Positions 48,796 to 58,539 of a stretch of 64,000 nt of DNA are shown piece by piece. A model generated the notes under the pieces. The model ran no database searches. It worked only from the letters and a program-made list of their open reading frames with translations, and was not told where the DNA came from. Positions within the stretch are counted from its first letter, which is position 1. Each line of letters starts with the position of its first letter. The stretch spans positions 96,001-160,000 of the forward strand of contig JBMNJG010000011.1 of assembly GCA_050951545.1 (NCBI GenBank). Reading direction: 5' to 3'. This DNA comes from Limnochordia bacterium (lineage in GTDB: Bacteria; Bacillota; Limnochordia; DTU080). The position numbers and the translations under genes are program-made.

Positions 48796-50655
48796 ATGCA
48801 ATGGCTGGTCAAGGAGAGTGAAGGGTTCTTGCCAAAGAGCACATCCTGGGGCTTGCGTTACCGACAGGCTTTAGACATGGAGCGACGGGCCGAGCAGGCA
48901 CTGCTGGGGCCAACCAATACTGATGATACGCATTGGAGCAAGAGGCGGAGGGGCCCTACAGGTGCTTTTTACACTCCGTATCACCTCGTGCGTTTTCTCG
49001 TGCGCTACACGCTTCAGCCAGTTCTCATAGATATCTATCGGCGGGCGAGGCGGGTTGCTCAGCAGGAGAGCCGAGCACATTTGTGTTTGCTCCATCAAGA
49101 GGCCGCGCATCTGCAGGTCTTAGATCCAGCCTGTGGTTGTGGCCGCTTCCTTTTGGTAGCTTTTCGTTCCTTACGTTGCCTGCACCTACGGTTGGCACTG
49201 CACATGGCGCGTCTCGAGGGCAGTGAGGTATCATTGTCAGCACTCGAAGCCCTGGCGAATCGTCGGGCCCTCAATTGCCTTCGCGGTATCGATATCCACG
49301 AGCAGGCAGTGGCTGCGACAAGAGCTGTCTTGCTCCATGCTGCAGGTGAAGTCAGCGAGGCGTGCCCTCATCTACAAGTAGCCGACGTTACGCTCGCTGG
49401 TGATGTTATCCCCACTGATGTTGACGTCTGCATTGGGAACCCGCCTTGGGGTGCTGTAGGCGCACGTCGGGCCGCTCGGGCCCTAGGGATGCCAGCCACC
49501 AATGCCAACACCTTCGGCTTCTTCTTGATCCGCTGCCTGGATAGCCTGGCCCCTGGTGGTCGGCTTGGGTTTGTGCTTCCGCGCAATTTCTGCAAGGGCA
49601 ATGACTATGAACTTCTTCGACGCGAATTACTTACCCGCACATGCGTGGAGTGGATAGGCGATGCTGGCCGAGCCTTTCCGGGGGTTACGCAGGAAGCAGT
49701 GGTCGTAGTGGCTAGACGCCAACAGGTAGGGGAGAGACCAGGCAAGGTACGTATTGCCTCCGTAGCGGAGTCGCAGGAACGCGTGCTGCGGGCCCTTGAT
49801 CAGATGACCGTTCGCAAGACGCCGCGCAGTGTCATTCCTCTCACTGCAGATCAGCGCGTTCTCGAGGTGCTTGATGACATGGATCGCGCAGCTGGGGCTT
49901 GGCGTCTGCGGAACTGGGTTGCGTGGGGGCGGGGCCTCGAATACGGGCAAGATGGCGCTCTCGTTCGCTGCCCTGAATGTGGGGCCTATAACTCTCTCCC
50001 GAAAAAGAAACGTTCTGCGAAGCCATGTAGCCTGTGCGGAGCAGAAGTGGCTACTCAGGCTGTGCACTACCGTCTGGTGAGCCGTACTCGCGACAGTACG
50101 CATACCGCGGCAGTCTACGTGGGACGTCATGTGCGGCGCTACCGACTAGAGGCGCCCTACTGGCTAGATCCTGCGGTGCGAGGAGTCTCCTATAAGACGT
50201 CAGCACTGTTCGAGCAGCCCAAGATACTGCTACCGAAAATATCGCCTTCTCTTGCCGCTGCAGTAGACATCAGCGATGCATTCGTGACCCAGGGTGTCTA
50301 CATACTGCGGCCGCGCCTGGCACCGTGGAGTCTTTTCTCACTCGCCGGGTTGATCAATAGCTCGGCGCTCAGTTTCTACTACGAGTACCGCTTCAACGAT
50401 GGTGCAGTCTTGACCACCAACGTGACGCTGGCCAATCTGCTTGCTCTGCCTGTACCCGATACTGCGACCTGTCCCGAGGCATTAGTGACGCTCGAGGGAG
50501 GGGCACGGTTGCTTTCACATGAGACAGACGAAGAGGCGGATCTAGCCGTAAACAGGGCTGTGACCAGGTTGTTTGGCTTGTCTACAGCCCAGAGGACACT
50601 GATTAGGGACTGGTGGCAAAGCAACGCTGCGGAAGGCGCTACTCTGAGTGGGTAA
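48796..50655 (+). CDS. Orphan gamma-class N6-adenine DNA methyltransferase (TaqI/Eco57I-like) with inserted Zn ribbon
   Basis: GAFYTP, LDPACGCG, IGNPPW, CPECG..CSLCG, TaqI_C-like PKILLPKI / GLINS. Confidence 0.8.
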   Translation: MQWLVKESEGFLPKSTSWGLRYRQALDMERRAEQALLGPTNTDDTHWSKRRRGPTGAFYTPYHLVRFLVRYTLQPVLIDIYRRARRVAQQESRAHLCLLHQEAAHLQVLDPACGCGRFLLVAFRSLRCLHLRLALHMARLEGSEVSLSALEALANRRALNCLRGIDIHEQAVAATRAVLLHAAGEVSEACPHLQVADVTLAGDVIPTDVDVCIGNPPWGAVGARRAARALGMPATNANTFGFFLIRCLDSLAPGGRLGFVLPRNFCKGNDYELLRRELLTRTCVEWIGDAGRAFPGVTQEAVVVVARRQQVGERPGKVRIASVAESQERVLRALDQMTVRKTPRSVIPLTADQRVLEVLDDMDRAAGAWRLRNWVAWGRGLEYGQDGALVRCPECGAYNSLPKKKRSAKPCSLCGAEVATQAVHYRLVSRTRDSTHTAAVYVGRHVRRYRLEAPYWLDPAVRGVSYKTSALFEQPKILLPKISPSLAAAVDISDAFVTQGVYILRPRLAPWSLFSLAGLINSSALSFYYEYRFNDGAVLTTNVTLANLLALPVPDTATCPEALVTLEGGARLLSHETDEEADLAVNRAVTRLFGLSTAQRTLIRDWWQSNAAEGATLSG

Positions 50656-51559
50656 GATCGGCTCGTGTCTGCTGTTTGCCTAAGCCGGGTGTGGCGCCCA
50701 GGAATATTCCAAGGATCACGGCTCCTAGTCCCACAATCTGTAGTGCTGTGATGCTTTCATGCAGGAAGATGGAGGCCGTGATTAGGGAGACGAACGGCAT
50801 GACGTTGGCGAACATGCTGGTGGTGCTGGCTCCGATCTCTTGGATGGAGCGGTTCCATAGATAGTTGCAGTACCCAGTGGCAATAGTGGCGGAGGCGATG
50901 GCAGCGATCCAGAAAATGGGGCCAGGCAGCTTCTGAGGTATTCCGTGGCGCATCACGTTCATGGTCGCAGGAAGAAGAAGCATCAGCGCGCCATATATCT
51001 GTATCATTGCCGTCAGTTGCAGGGGAGGAATGAGGTCGCGAGCTTTCTTGACAAAGATGCCACCCATGACGTAGGTAAGCATGGCCCCAAAGATCAGCAG
51101 CTCCGCCACGCCGATCTTTGTACCCATCAGGTGCCATTCATTGGCGACAGCTGCTACCACCCCGCCGAAACCGATCAAAACCCCTGTTAGACGCCTTCTT
51201 GTCAGAGGCTCATCAAGTACGAAGTGGGCGATTACGGCGGTGGCCAGAGGGTTAAGACTTAAGATAAGTGAGCTAAGGCCAGCCTTGGCCAAAGGCATGC
51301 CGCGCGCTAGACAGACTTGGTGTAGAAAAACGGCACAGAATGCGGCCCGCAACGCCAGGCGTCTGGCTTCAGGCACAATCTTCCTTCTTCTATGGCGGGC
51401 AGCAACGGGTATGAGGATGAGAGCCGCCATAGCCATACGAAAGGCCTGTAACTCGAGAGGTGGAAAATGGGAAAACAGGGCCTTGATCAGTACCGTGTTT
51501 GCTCCCCAGACCGTTGTGGCAAACATCAGGCGGAGGAGCTGGCGCGTCGACATGTGCAA
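50639..51559 (-). CDS. DMT/EamA family transporter
   Basis: VWGAN, about 10 TM segments, LDEPL, LHESIT. Confidence 0.88.
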   Translation of the reverse strand: MHMSTRQLLRLMFATTVWGANTVLIKALFSHFPPLELQAFRMAMAALILIPVAARHRRRKIVPEARRLALRAAFCAVFLHQVCLARGMPLAKAGLSSLILSLNPLATAVIAHFVLDEPLTRRRLTGVLIGFGGVVAAVANEWHLMGTKIGVAELLIFGAMLTYVMGGIFVKKARDLIPPLQLTAMIQIYGALMLLLPATMNVMRHGIPQKLPGPIFWIAAIASATIATGYCNYLWNRSIQEIGASTTSMFANVMPFVSLITASIFLHESITALQIVGLGAVILGIFLGATPGLGKQQTRADLTHSE

Positions 51560-51655
51560 TGCTTGTTGCCCTCGTTTCGAAACCGCAAGGTGGAAGTCTC
51601 AGGCATTGCCTGCCTGCGCCTAACCTTGTTCGGTCAAACCGCTCCGGTAAGCGGC

Positions 51656-52066
51656 CTAGATCTTTAGTGGCAGGATTGTAGCTAAGATAGCACCGGTACT
51701 CATGGCTGCAAACATGTTTGCAGCTAGACCTACCAGTAGCAGCGCAGGCACCTCAAAAAACGGGTCTGGAAAGAGCATGATCCCCGACCAGCAGACGCCA
51801 ATGAGACAGATAGCGACGAAAGCGGGACCGATAAGAGGGTGTGGGTGGACACGGGCCGCTCCAAAATACCCGATCAGGCCAAAGATCGCCAGATTGAGGT
51901 TTGGGATGGGTAACACCGAGGCAGCCAGGGACCCCACTACGACAAGAAGAATACATGATAGCCCTGCTGCAAGCTGTTGGCGTGGCGAGATCGGGAAAAG
52001 ACGAAAGCCCCGAAGCCCCAGTTCCTTAATGCCCAACGGGTTCCATGAGATGGAGATGCGAGACAT
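51656..52066 (-). CDS. Hypothetical membrane protein
   Basis: AAGGAG RBS, four hydrophobic segments. Confidence 0.55.
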   Translation of the reverse strand: MSRISISWNPLGIKELGLRGFRLFPISPRQQLAAGLSCILLVVVGSLAASVLPIPNLNLAIFGLIGYFGAARVHPHPLIGPAFVAICLIGVCWSGIMLFPDPFFEVPALLLVGLAANMFAAMSTGAILATILPLKI

Positions 52067-52256
52067 GGTACGGGCTCCTTTTCTTCGATATGTTCCGTAC
52101 AGGTGGGCCTCAGGCGCGTCTCCCCAAGACATCTGGCGAGAGCGGCTAATACGGTGTATGTGTCTACGTAGTTCTGCGTGCACGGCCAAAACCCCTTGTA
52201 GGCATTGGGGAATGCGTGTACCCGACGTTTGTACGCATTAATGACAGAAGGGGCAG

Positions 52257-52697
52257 ATGGCGGATATGGAGAAAGTCTATGCCATCGGTGTCGATCCGGG
52301 TAGCCACAAGTGCGGTATGGCAGTGGTGACCATGGCCGGGGTTTGCGTCGCTCGGTGTGTCGTCCATGTGGACGACTTCGAGCCGGTATTCTCCCAACTG
52401 GTACGGGAGTATCACCCCGCAGTAGCGGTGCTAGGTGATCGTACGGCAGCGGACGAGTTTCGCAGACGCTTGGAGCAGCTGACCCATGCGCTTGATTACC
52501 CCATCGAGATTCATATGGTATCAGAGCACCTGTCTAGTGAGGAAGGGCGGCGTCGCTACCTGCGGGCACATCGAAAAGGCTGGCGGCTTTTTGTGCCATT
52601 AGGGTTGCAGTGGCCCAGCGAACCGTATGACGATCATGTGGCTGAGGTTCTCGTCCTTCGCTATCTGCGGCAAGGGGGTACGCTAAGAGATCCGTAG
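52257..52697 (+). CDS. YqgF/RuvX-like RNase H-fold nuclease
   Basis: IGVDPGSHKCG, LGDRT, EHLSSEEGRRRY, PYDD. Confidence 0.8.
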   Translation: MADMEKVYAIGVDPGSHKCGMAVVTMAGVCVARCVVHVDDFEPVFSQLVREYHPAVAVLGDRTAADEFRRRLEQLTHALDYPIEIHMVSEHLSSEEGRRRYLRAHRKGWRLFVPLGLQWPSEPYDDHVAEVLVLRYLRQGGTLRDP

Positions 52698-52818
52698 CCA
52701 ACCGTGGAAAAGAAGCAGGTACTGGCAGGCAGAATGGAGAATCTTTCTACACGGCATGAGGGAAGATGCCGGAAGGGTCGTGAGTCTCATGGGAGCGCTC
52801 CAAAGAGCAGGTGGCTGC

Positions 52819-53784
52819 ATGCGAAGATCCATGCTATATATGGGGTTCCTTCTGCTGTTAGGCTATGCTTTGCTTGCCTGCGGCGCAGAGGCGAGTCCGT
52901 TTGCTCCGCTGCCCACAGGCCATTGGACTTACGCCGCGCTGTCGCGCCTGTCGGCAAGTGGTCTAGTTGATGTTGGCATCGGTTTTCTCCAACGCGGCGA
53001 CTATGTTGTGTCTCGCTACGAGATGGCGCTTTGGCTGTCCCAGGCGTTGGATGTGCTAAACAGTGGCGAGCCAAGAGTCGTCGATGATGTGTCAGCGCAG
53101 ATAGCTGGTTACAATGCGAAGCATCCAGGGAAGGCTCTGACCACAGATGAAGCACAGGCTCTCACGGACCTTCTGGCTTTTTTGCGTCCAGAGCTTAGAG
53201 ATATGGGCTACATACAGGGTACCTCTCAGATGATCGCCACTACGTTGAGCTCTACGGATGAGGAACGGCAGTTGTTAGAGCTGGGGATGGCTGGTACAGG
53301 CGTGTTGCGCCTGCGTACACGAGGCGAAAGTGCCTCAGATGTCCCGCAGGTAGGCTTGGGGCTATCGCTTGATCTGGGTGATGTCTTGTTCACCGTCGGG
53401 CAGTCAACGAGCACTTATGAGGGGCAACTTGATAGCACTACCGAGTTGGGGCTGAATGTGCGGATGCAGAACGTACAGATCAAGCTGGGTTACAGTGCTC
53501 AGGGTGCTGCTCCTACGCTAAACCCCATCGGGGGGGCTAAGCGCACTGCCAGCGCTGGGTTGGAGTATGTGGTGACTCCAGAGAGCCGTGCCAGTGCCGA
53601 CGTCTCCTACTCGGCGGATGCTGTGGGCAATACCACCACAACAGATTTCGGTCTGCGGTTCAACCAGCAAGGCACGTCGGTCACGTTGGGTTACCGTTTG
53701 GTGGACTTTGCAGGATCGCATCTAGAGCCACATCAGGACGCCCGTGACAACATTGCCACGGCAGAGTTTACCATCCGCTTCTAG
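52819..53784 (+). CDS. SLH-domain outer-membrane beta-barrel protein (OmpM-like)
   Basis: Signal peptide, PF..LP..HWTYAAL..L and SRYEMA (SLH), beta strands, terminal Phe (AEFTIRF). Confidence 0.7.
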   Translation: MRRSMLYMGFLLLLGYALLACGAEASPFAPLPTGHWTYAALSRLSASGLVDVGIGFLQRGDYVVSRYEMALWLSQALDVLNSGEPRVVDDVSAQIAGYNAKHPGKALTTDEAQALTDLLAFLRPELRDMGYIQGTSQMIATTLSSTDEERQLLELGMAGTGVLRLRTRGESASDVPQVGLGLSLDLGDVLFTVGQSTSTYEGQLDSTTELGLNVRMQNVQIKLGYSAQGAAPTLNPIGGAKRTASAGLEYVVTPESRASADVSYSADAVGNTTTTDFGLRFNQQGTSVTLGYRLVDFAGSHLEPHQDARDNIATAEFTIRF

Positions 53785-53886
53785 ATTGGCGCATGAGTAG
53801 AGTAAGCATTCGAGTGCCAGAGTTCGTTGAGAGAGTGTTTGTGTGGCGAGGATGAACCAAAGAAAGATCTTCGGAGGGGTGCTGTG

Positions 53887-54816
53887 ATGTTGCGAAAGAT
53901 AACAGTGGTAGCCTTACTGATGTCTCTGGTGCTGTCAATCACACCGCAGGCGTGGGCCGCGACACCGCTCGAGAGACTGGCGGAGGTCGAGGTGAGCTTG
54001 TTTGGAGCTCCGCAGGCTGGCGCGCTTTTACAGCGTCTCAATCATGCGGAGGCCACGCTTTTTGGAAAACCCGTTGGAAGTCAGGATCCTATCGTTGTCC
54101 GTATTGAGAAGCTGGCCAGGTTGGTGACAGGTAGCGGCGCTTCAGGCGCTTCTCTCATCATGAAGCTCAACGCGGCGGAATGGATGATCTTCCAGGATCA
54201 GACCATGGCCATTCCGCTTTTCGATAGGCTTGAGAAGATCGAAAAAGACGTATACGGAGACCCTAGTCAGGGGATCGGCGTGGAGGAGAGGATTAACGAC
54301 CTGGTGTCGTTGGTATGGCCAGGTGGTGTGCTCAACACAGGTGAGGCACGGCTGTTGCCAGGCACCACAGTCAAAATCAAGTTGCTGACGGAGCTCAGCT
54401 CCACCACTAGTAAGGAAGGTGACCTCGTCCATTATCAGGTCTTGTCTGATGTCAGCCAAGACAACAAGCTGGTTATTCCGACGGGTGCATGCGGTACGGG
54501 CGTCGTTCAGAAGGTAAAGAAGGCCGGGCCTTTCGGACAGGAGGGTCAGGTTGGTATTGATTTTGGTTCCCTTAGAGCTATTGATGGCACTCTTATTCCC
54601 ATGACGTTCCAGCCAAGGTCAGCAAGCGGGGTAGGCCAGGGTGAGCTCGCTGCTGGTGCCAGCTTGGGCGGTATGGTGCTTCTCGGTCCGCTTGGGCTTG
54701 CGGCTGGCTATCTTGTGCAGGGGAAGGCCCAGAGCATTCCTGTAGGCACTGAGCTGACTGTCGAGGTCAAGGATGCTGTGACGGTTAGGGCACTGTCGTT
54801 GCTTCCATTGCAGTGA
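53887..54816 (+). CDS. Secreted hypothetical protein
   Basis: Signal peptide, repeated ERL..E..LFG helices, beta domain LSSTTSKEGD..IPTG, glycine zipper. Confidence 0.65.
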   Translation: MLRKITVVALLMSLVLSITPQAWAATPLERLAEVEVSLFGAPQAGALLQRLNHAEATLFGKPVGSQDPIVVRIEKLARLVTGSGASGASLIMKLNAAEWMIFQDQTMAIPLFDRLEKIEKDVYGDPSQGIGVEERINDLVSLVWPGGVLNTGEARLLPGTTVKIKLLTELSSTTSKEGDLVHYQVLSDVSQDNKLVIPTGACGTGVVQKVKKAGPFGQEGQVGIDFGSLRAIDGTLIPMTFQPRSASGVGQGELAAGASLGGMVLLGPLGLAAGYLVQGKAQSIPVGTELTVEVKDAVTVRALSLLPLQ

Positions 54817-54952
54817 GTGATGGGTCCTGACTGGCCGGGGTCGCAGCGATGGTTGCGGTCCCGGCTTTTCGCGGAAGTACGCGCAGGAGAGCAGAGTCAG
54901 CCTGACAGCGGTCTTTGGAGCACTTTGATGAGTCCTTTTGGGAGTGACGGAA

Positions 54953-55876
54953 ATGCAGATCATCCAGATACCTCTCAGCTTGGTGCAGGAAGACCCACAG
55001 CATGTTCGGCTCAGTTCTGACCCGAAGGGGATCGAGAACTTAGCGAAATCAATGAATGATGTTGGCCTTCTTCACCCCATTTTGGTAAGGAAGGTAGCCC
55101 ACGGCTATCAGCTTGTGGCGGGTCAGAGACGGTTGAGGGCCGCGTCTAGGTTAGGGTATGAGTCTGTACCAGCCATCGTGCTAGAACCTGGCGTGCCAGT
55201 GCGGCAGGTGCAACTGGTTGAGAATCTGCAGCGCGAGGATCTTGATCCGGTAGAGCGGGCGTTGGCCATCAACCAGTTCATGATGGCAGAAAAACTGACC
55301 AAGGTGGCCGCAGCGGAGCGATTGGGGGTACCACGCACGACACTTACTGAGTGGCTAAATGTTCTCGAGGTTCCCGAGCGTTACCAGAAGGCTCTCGTCG
55401 AGAATTTTCGCGGTGGCGACTCTGCGCTCACGGTCTCGCATGTCTCGGAAGCGAAAGGTTTGGCGAGTCGTTTGCGTAGCCCTGGTCTTTGCACAATCGT
55501 GCTTGACGCTGTACTCGACTACAGGCTAAGCAAGGCTGAGACGCGTGAGGTCTGCGCCCTAGTACGGGAGAGCATGGATCTAAGTGTCGACGAGGCTGTG
55601 CTGGTGGTGCGTCGACCCTCTGAGATAAGCCGGCTGAGCGATGACTTGGGAGACGGGCGTTTAGCAGTAGAGCGCAATCTCGACAGATGGAGGTATGCAC
55701 TGGAGCGTTCCACAACCACGTTGCTGGAGCTCGGGCGAATCTCACCGCGCTACCTGGCGCCAAACGAACGTCGGCGTCTGGTAGACAGGTTGCAGCACTT
55801 GCAGGAACTCGTGGAGGGCGCGCTGCAGCAGATGGCCGAAGAACGAGACGTGCGGAGAGCGGGTAAGGTCTCTTAA
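54953..55876 (+). CDS. ParB/RepB/Spo0J family protein (orphan)
   Basis: GLLHPILV, AGQRRLRA, VENLQREDL, HTH AAERLGVPRTT. Confidence 0.85.
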   Translation: MQIIQIPLSLVQEDPQHVRLSSDPKGIENLAKSMNDVGLLHPILVRKVAHGYQLVAGQRRLRAASRLGYESVPAIVLEPGVPVRQVQLVENLQREDLDPVERALAINQFMMAEKLTKVAAAERLGVPRTTLTEWLNVLEVPERYQKALVENFRGGDSALTVSHVSEAKGLASRLRSPGLCTIVLDAVLDYRLSKAETREVCALVRESMDLSVDEAVLVVRRPSEISRLSDDLGDGRLAVERNLDRWRYALERSTTTLLELGRISPRYLAPNERRRLVDRLQHLQELVEGALQQMAEERDVRRAGKVS

Positions 55877-55911
55877 GGACGCGTGTGCGCATGTCTTCAG
55901 GCAAGCATGTA

Positions 55912-55937
55912 AGCCCCTCATGGTTTGCTGAGGGGCT
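55912..55937. terminator. Hairpin after the parB-like gene
   Basis: AGCCCCTCA / TGAGGGGCT. Confidence 0.6.
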
Positions 55938-55968
55938 GTCTTATCTGCCACGGGGTGTTCTCTGAGTT

Positions 55969-56256
55969 TCAGGACCGAAGTTTCGGTTGCTCTTCGGTCG
56001 TCATCCGCTCTTCGGCCAACCCGGCTGAGATCAGCAGATACTTGGGGTCCACGCCCAGTGCTTCAGCAATACGGCAGATAATCGGTCTCGGAGGGACAAA
56101 GCCCTGCATGATATGATCGATGGTGGAGACTGACAAATCAGCGTGATCCTCTAGATAGGACCAGGGGTGACGGTCATCAGTAAGGTAGACATTGAGCACT
56201 TCAAGAAACGTTGATCCAAGAGGAGGCGTAGGGCCGCGTAGAGCGGGCGGTCGCAA
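55969..56256 (-). CDS. XRE-type HTH protein, probably 5'-truncated
   Basis: LEDHADLSVSTIDHIMQG..P..IICRIAEALGVDP. No RBS; the start lies inside the transposase 3' end. Confidence 0.5.
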   Translation of the reverse strand: MRPPALRGPTPPLGSTFLEVLNVYLTDDRHPWSYLEDHADLSVSTIDHIMQGFVPPRPIICRIAEALGVDPKYLLISAGLAEERMTTEEQPKLRS

Positions 56257-56839
56257 AAACGGCTAAGTAGCGGGTATCGTTGAGCGGACGACTCATAATC
56301 TCATCAACGACCTGGCTGGCTTTTTTCACAAACCGGCGGCTGACAGCACTGCGTGACATACCCGAGGTACGTATGTAATCTGGTATGGATGCGACAGTGT
56401 CTACGGTGGACTTGTAGGCTCGAGTGGATATCCCTTCGTGCAGCAAAAGCAGGGCCGTCATATCCAAAGCGGTGTGCTCTCGCGCCCATCGATAACTGGC
56501 TAACTCGAACTCCGTTTTGTTGTCCAGGCTACGTACTCGGGGGCGATCGATTTCGATTTTACGGCCATGCATAACGACGTACCCACTGGTGTAGCCGTGG
56601 CGCTTTCCAGTGCGGTTCTTGCAGTGCTTACCTTTAGCCGCTCCGGCCAGTCGATCGGCCTCAAGATCCATCTCTTCTTCGATGTGTTCTAAAACAAGCT
56701 CCACTGACAGTTTAGCCATGGCGTCGCTGGTCTGCGACTTTAGCTCACTAAAGCTCATTTTGGCAGCTTCCCGCTTCATACGGCGATGTTCGCCACGCGT
56801 AGTGCTTCCATTCTGCGATGCATCCTGATATACTGACAT
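56201..56839 (-). mobile_element. IS256-family transposase, N-terminal half only
   Basis: RHGY..G.V..GRKIEIDRPRVR, GISTRAY, SRSAVSRRF. Similarity stops at RPLNDTRYLAVF, just before the first catalytic Asp. Confidence 0.8.
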
Positions 56840-56902
56840 TGTAAGACCTCCAGGAGGATCGTATTACAATTGGGGTTGTGTGCGGTCCTTCTGTTCTTTT
56901 GT

Positions 56903-57673
56903 CTAATCGGTACCTTCTTCGCATTGGAGCGGCGCGTATCCTGCGCCGTTTTTCAGTAACAGCTCCACCAAATCTGGTAGCGCCCTATGGCCACGGAGCC
57001 GATGCGAACGCTCTAGCCATGGTCCTATACCGGGGATAATCGCTTCCAAGCCGGACGCGGATCTGTTACCCATTTGGTTTGCTTGCTCCCATACCACGCG
57101 CAATGGGCCGATGGTCTGTAGCTGCCGTCGCAAGGTAGGTTCGACACGCATATAGGCCACATTAAGAGCTGGCTGGAAGCTTCGGTGCAGCCGCGAAGCC
57201 GCCCCGGGATGGTTGACCTCAAAACGATTGAGAAGTCGCCGCAGAGCTTCTTTCGCATGCGGAGCGGGTTCTTTTTGCACCGCGTCGATGCTGTCCTTGA
57301 TCAGGGGATGCAGTTCAGCAGGTGTGTGATCCTGGAGATCCGAGCGAAGCTGCACTAAGCAATGCTGAAGATACGCTTGCCCTTTCCAGATCTGTTGCGT
57401 CGCCTCATCGAGGCGAGGGTTTCCCTCTGTCACCACAAGCAGGCCATTTCTTGCAGACAGATCTCGCCGGGCAACGTCAAGCAAAAGCGTGACCAAATCC
57501 GCATCATCACGGCCGCCAAGAATGTGTTTTTGGCCATGCAAATCCACGCCTAGAGCCAGGCTGGCCCATCTACCTCGAATCTGTCGGGCGCCGATGAAAA
57601 CGACTGGATAGCTTCGATCGTTGAGACGCATCGTAGAGACCTGTGGCCACGAAAATGGAATGCTCGCACCCAA
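56903..57673 (-). mobile_element. IS256-derived C-terminal (RNase H) half with substituted catalytic residues
   Basis: VVFIG (expected D), ALGVDLHGQKHILG, LLVVTEG (expected DG), QHCLVQ (expected QRCxxH), HPGAA, TIGPLR (expected TNxIE). Confidence 0.65.
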
Positions 57674-57750
57674 CGAGCCACGAGTTTTAGCTTTTGGGTT
57701 GCTCAGCTTTTGGCCATCCTTGTTCGGGACGCTCGGCGTGGGCGCGACCC

Positions 57751-58035
57751 CTACAGGCGGCGGTCACGAACGCCGTCATCGTAACTCGTGTCGCAAGTGC
57801 ATCCTGCCAGGAATGAGGCTGGGATAAAGAACTCCGGTGAGCGGTTCAAGCGCTTACCCATCACAAGCAGCGTAATCAGCGACGGAAGTTTCCTGCCGCG
57901 TTCCACATCACTGATGAACGCCTGTGATTTCCCCACCTCCCGGGCAAGTTCAACTCCGGTCAGCCCAGCTTCCATTCGCGCGCGACGTACTCGCTTTCCG
58001 ATGTGCCGTGCTAGTTTTTCACTTGGCTCATCCAT
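57751..58035 (-). CDS. XRE family HTH regulator
   Basis: IGKRVRRAR..GLTGVELA..VGKSQAFISDVERG..PSL. TGTTATAAT extended -10 upstream. Confidence 0.85.
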   Translation of the reverse strand: MDEPSEKLARHIGKRVRRARMEAGLTGVELAREVGKSQAFISDVERGRKLPSLITLLVMGKRLNRSPEFFIPASFLAGCTCDTSYDDGVRDRRL

Positions 58036-58180
58036 CAACTTCGCACCTACCTGGTTAGCCCTTTTCATCAATTATAACATGCCGTAGGGACAGAGTGCGA
58101 GAGAGCAGTAACTGGAGTTGGGAGTCCATAGAGCTCCTTTCGTGATATAATGAAATGACGACTACACGGGGTGAGTGCTG

Positions 58181-58456
58181 ATGGCCATGATGCGTATTCG
58201 GGATAATGTGGAAGCGGAGAAGCCGGTACGGGGCACGGTTGTAGCCACACTCGACGATATCGAGGCGGCTGCGCTCCGTGAGATCGCTATCCTCTATGAA
58301 GCTGTCCGGATGAGTCACATCACCCTGACCTTGGCTAAGGAGCTTGCTGAGAAGAAAGCGGACTGGTGGGAGACTGTGTGCGTGAAGTATGGTCTGCCGC
58401 ACACCTGGCCATTGGGTGCTGACTATGTGGAGAAGGTTGTCTACATTCACAGCTAA
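58181..58456 (+). CDS. Small hypothetical protein
   Basis: Clean ORF with GGGGTG RBS, TATAAT upstream and a terminator downstream; DWWETVCVKYGL motif. Confidence 0.65.
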   Translation: MAMMRIRDNVEAEKPVRGTVVATLDDIEAAALREIAILYEAVRMSHITLTLAKELAEKKADWWETVCVKYGLPHTWPLGADYVEKVVYIHS

Positions 58457-58480
58457 GGCCGGGTGCTTTCTGAGCATAGG

Positions 58481-58525
58481 AAAAAGCGAGGAGCGAAGGG
58501 TCGATGTTCGCTGTCCTCGCTTTTT
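58481..58525. terminator. Bidirectional intrinsic terminator
   Basis: AAAAAGCGAGGA...TCCTCGCTTTTT. Confidence 0.8.
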
Positions 58526-58539
58526 GCTGTTGTGGAACG

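Noticed and set aside
55877-55897. Fifth copy of the intercistronic element (GACGCGTGT after parB)
   Set aside because: Only about 8 nt match and no second arm.
55938-58140. Terminal inverted repeats or target duplication around the IS256 region
   Set aside because: No matching ends found by eye, so element boundaries are not called.
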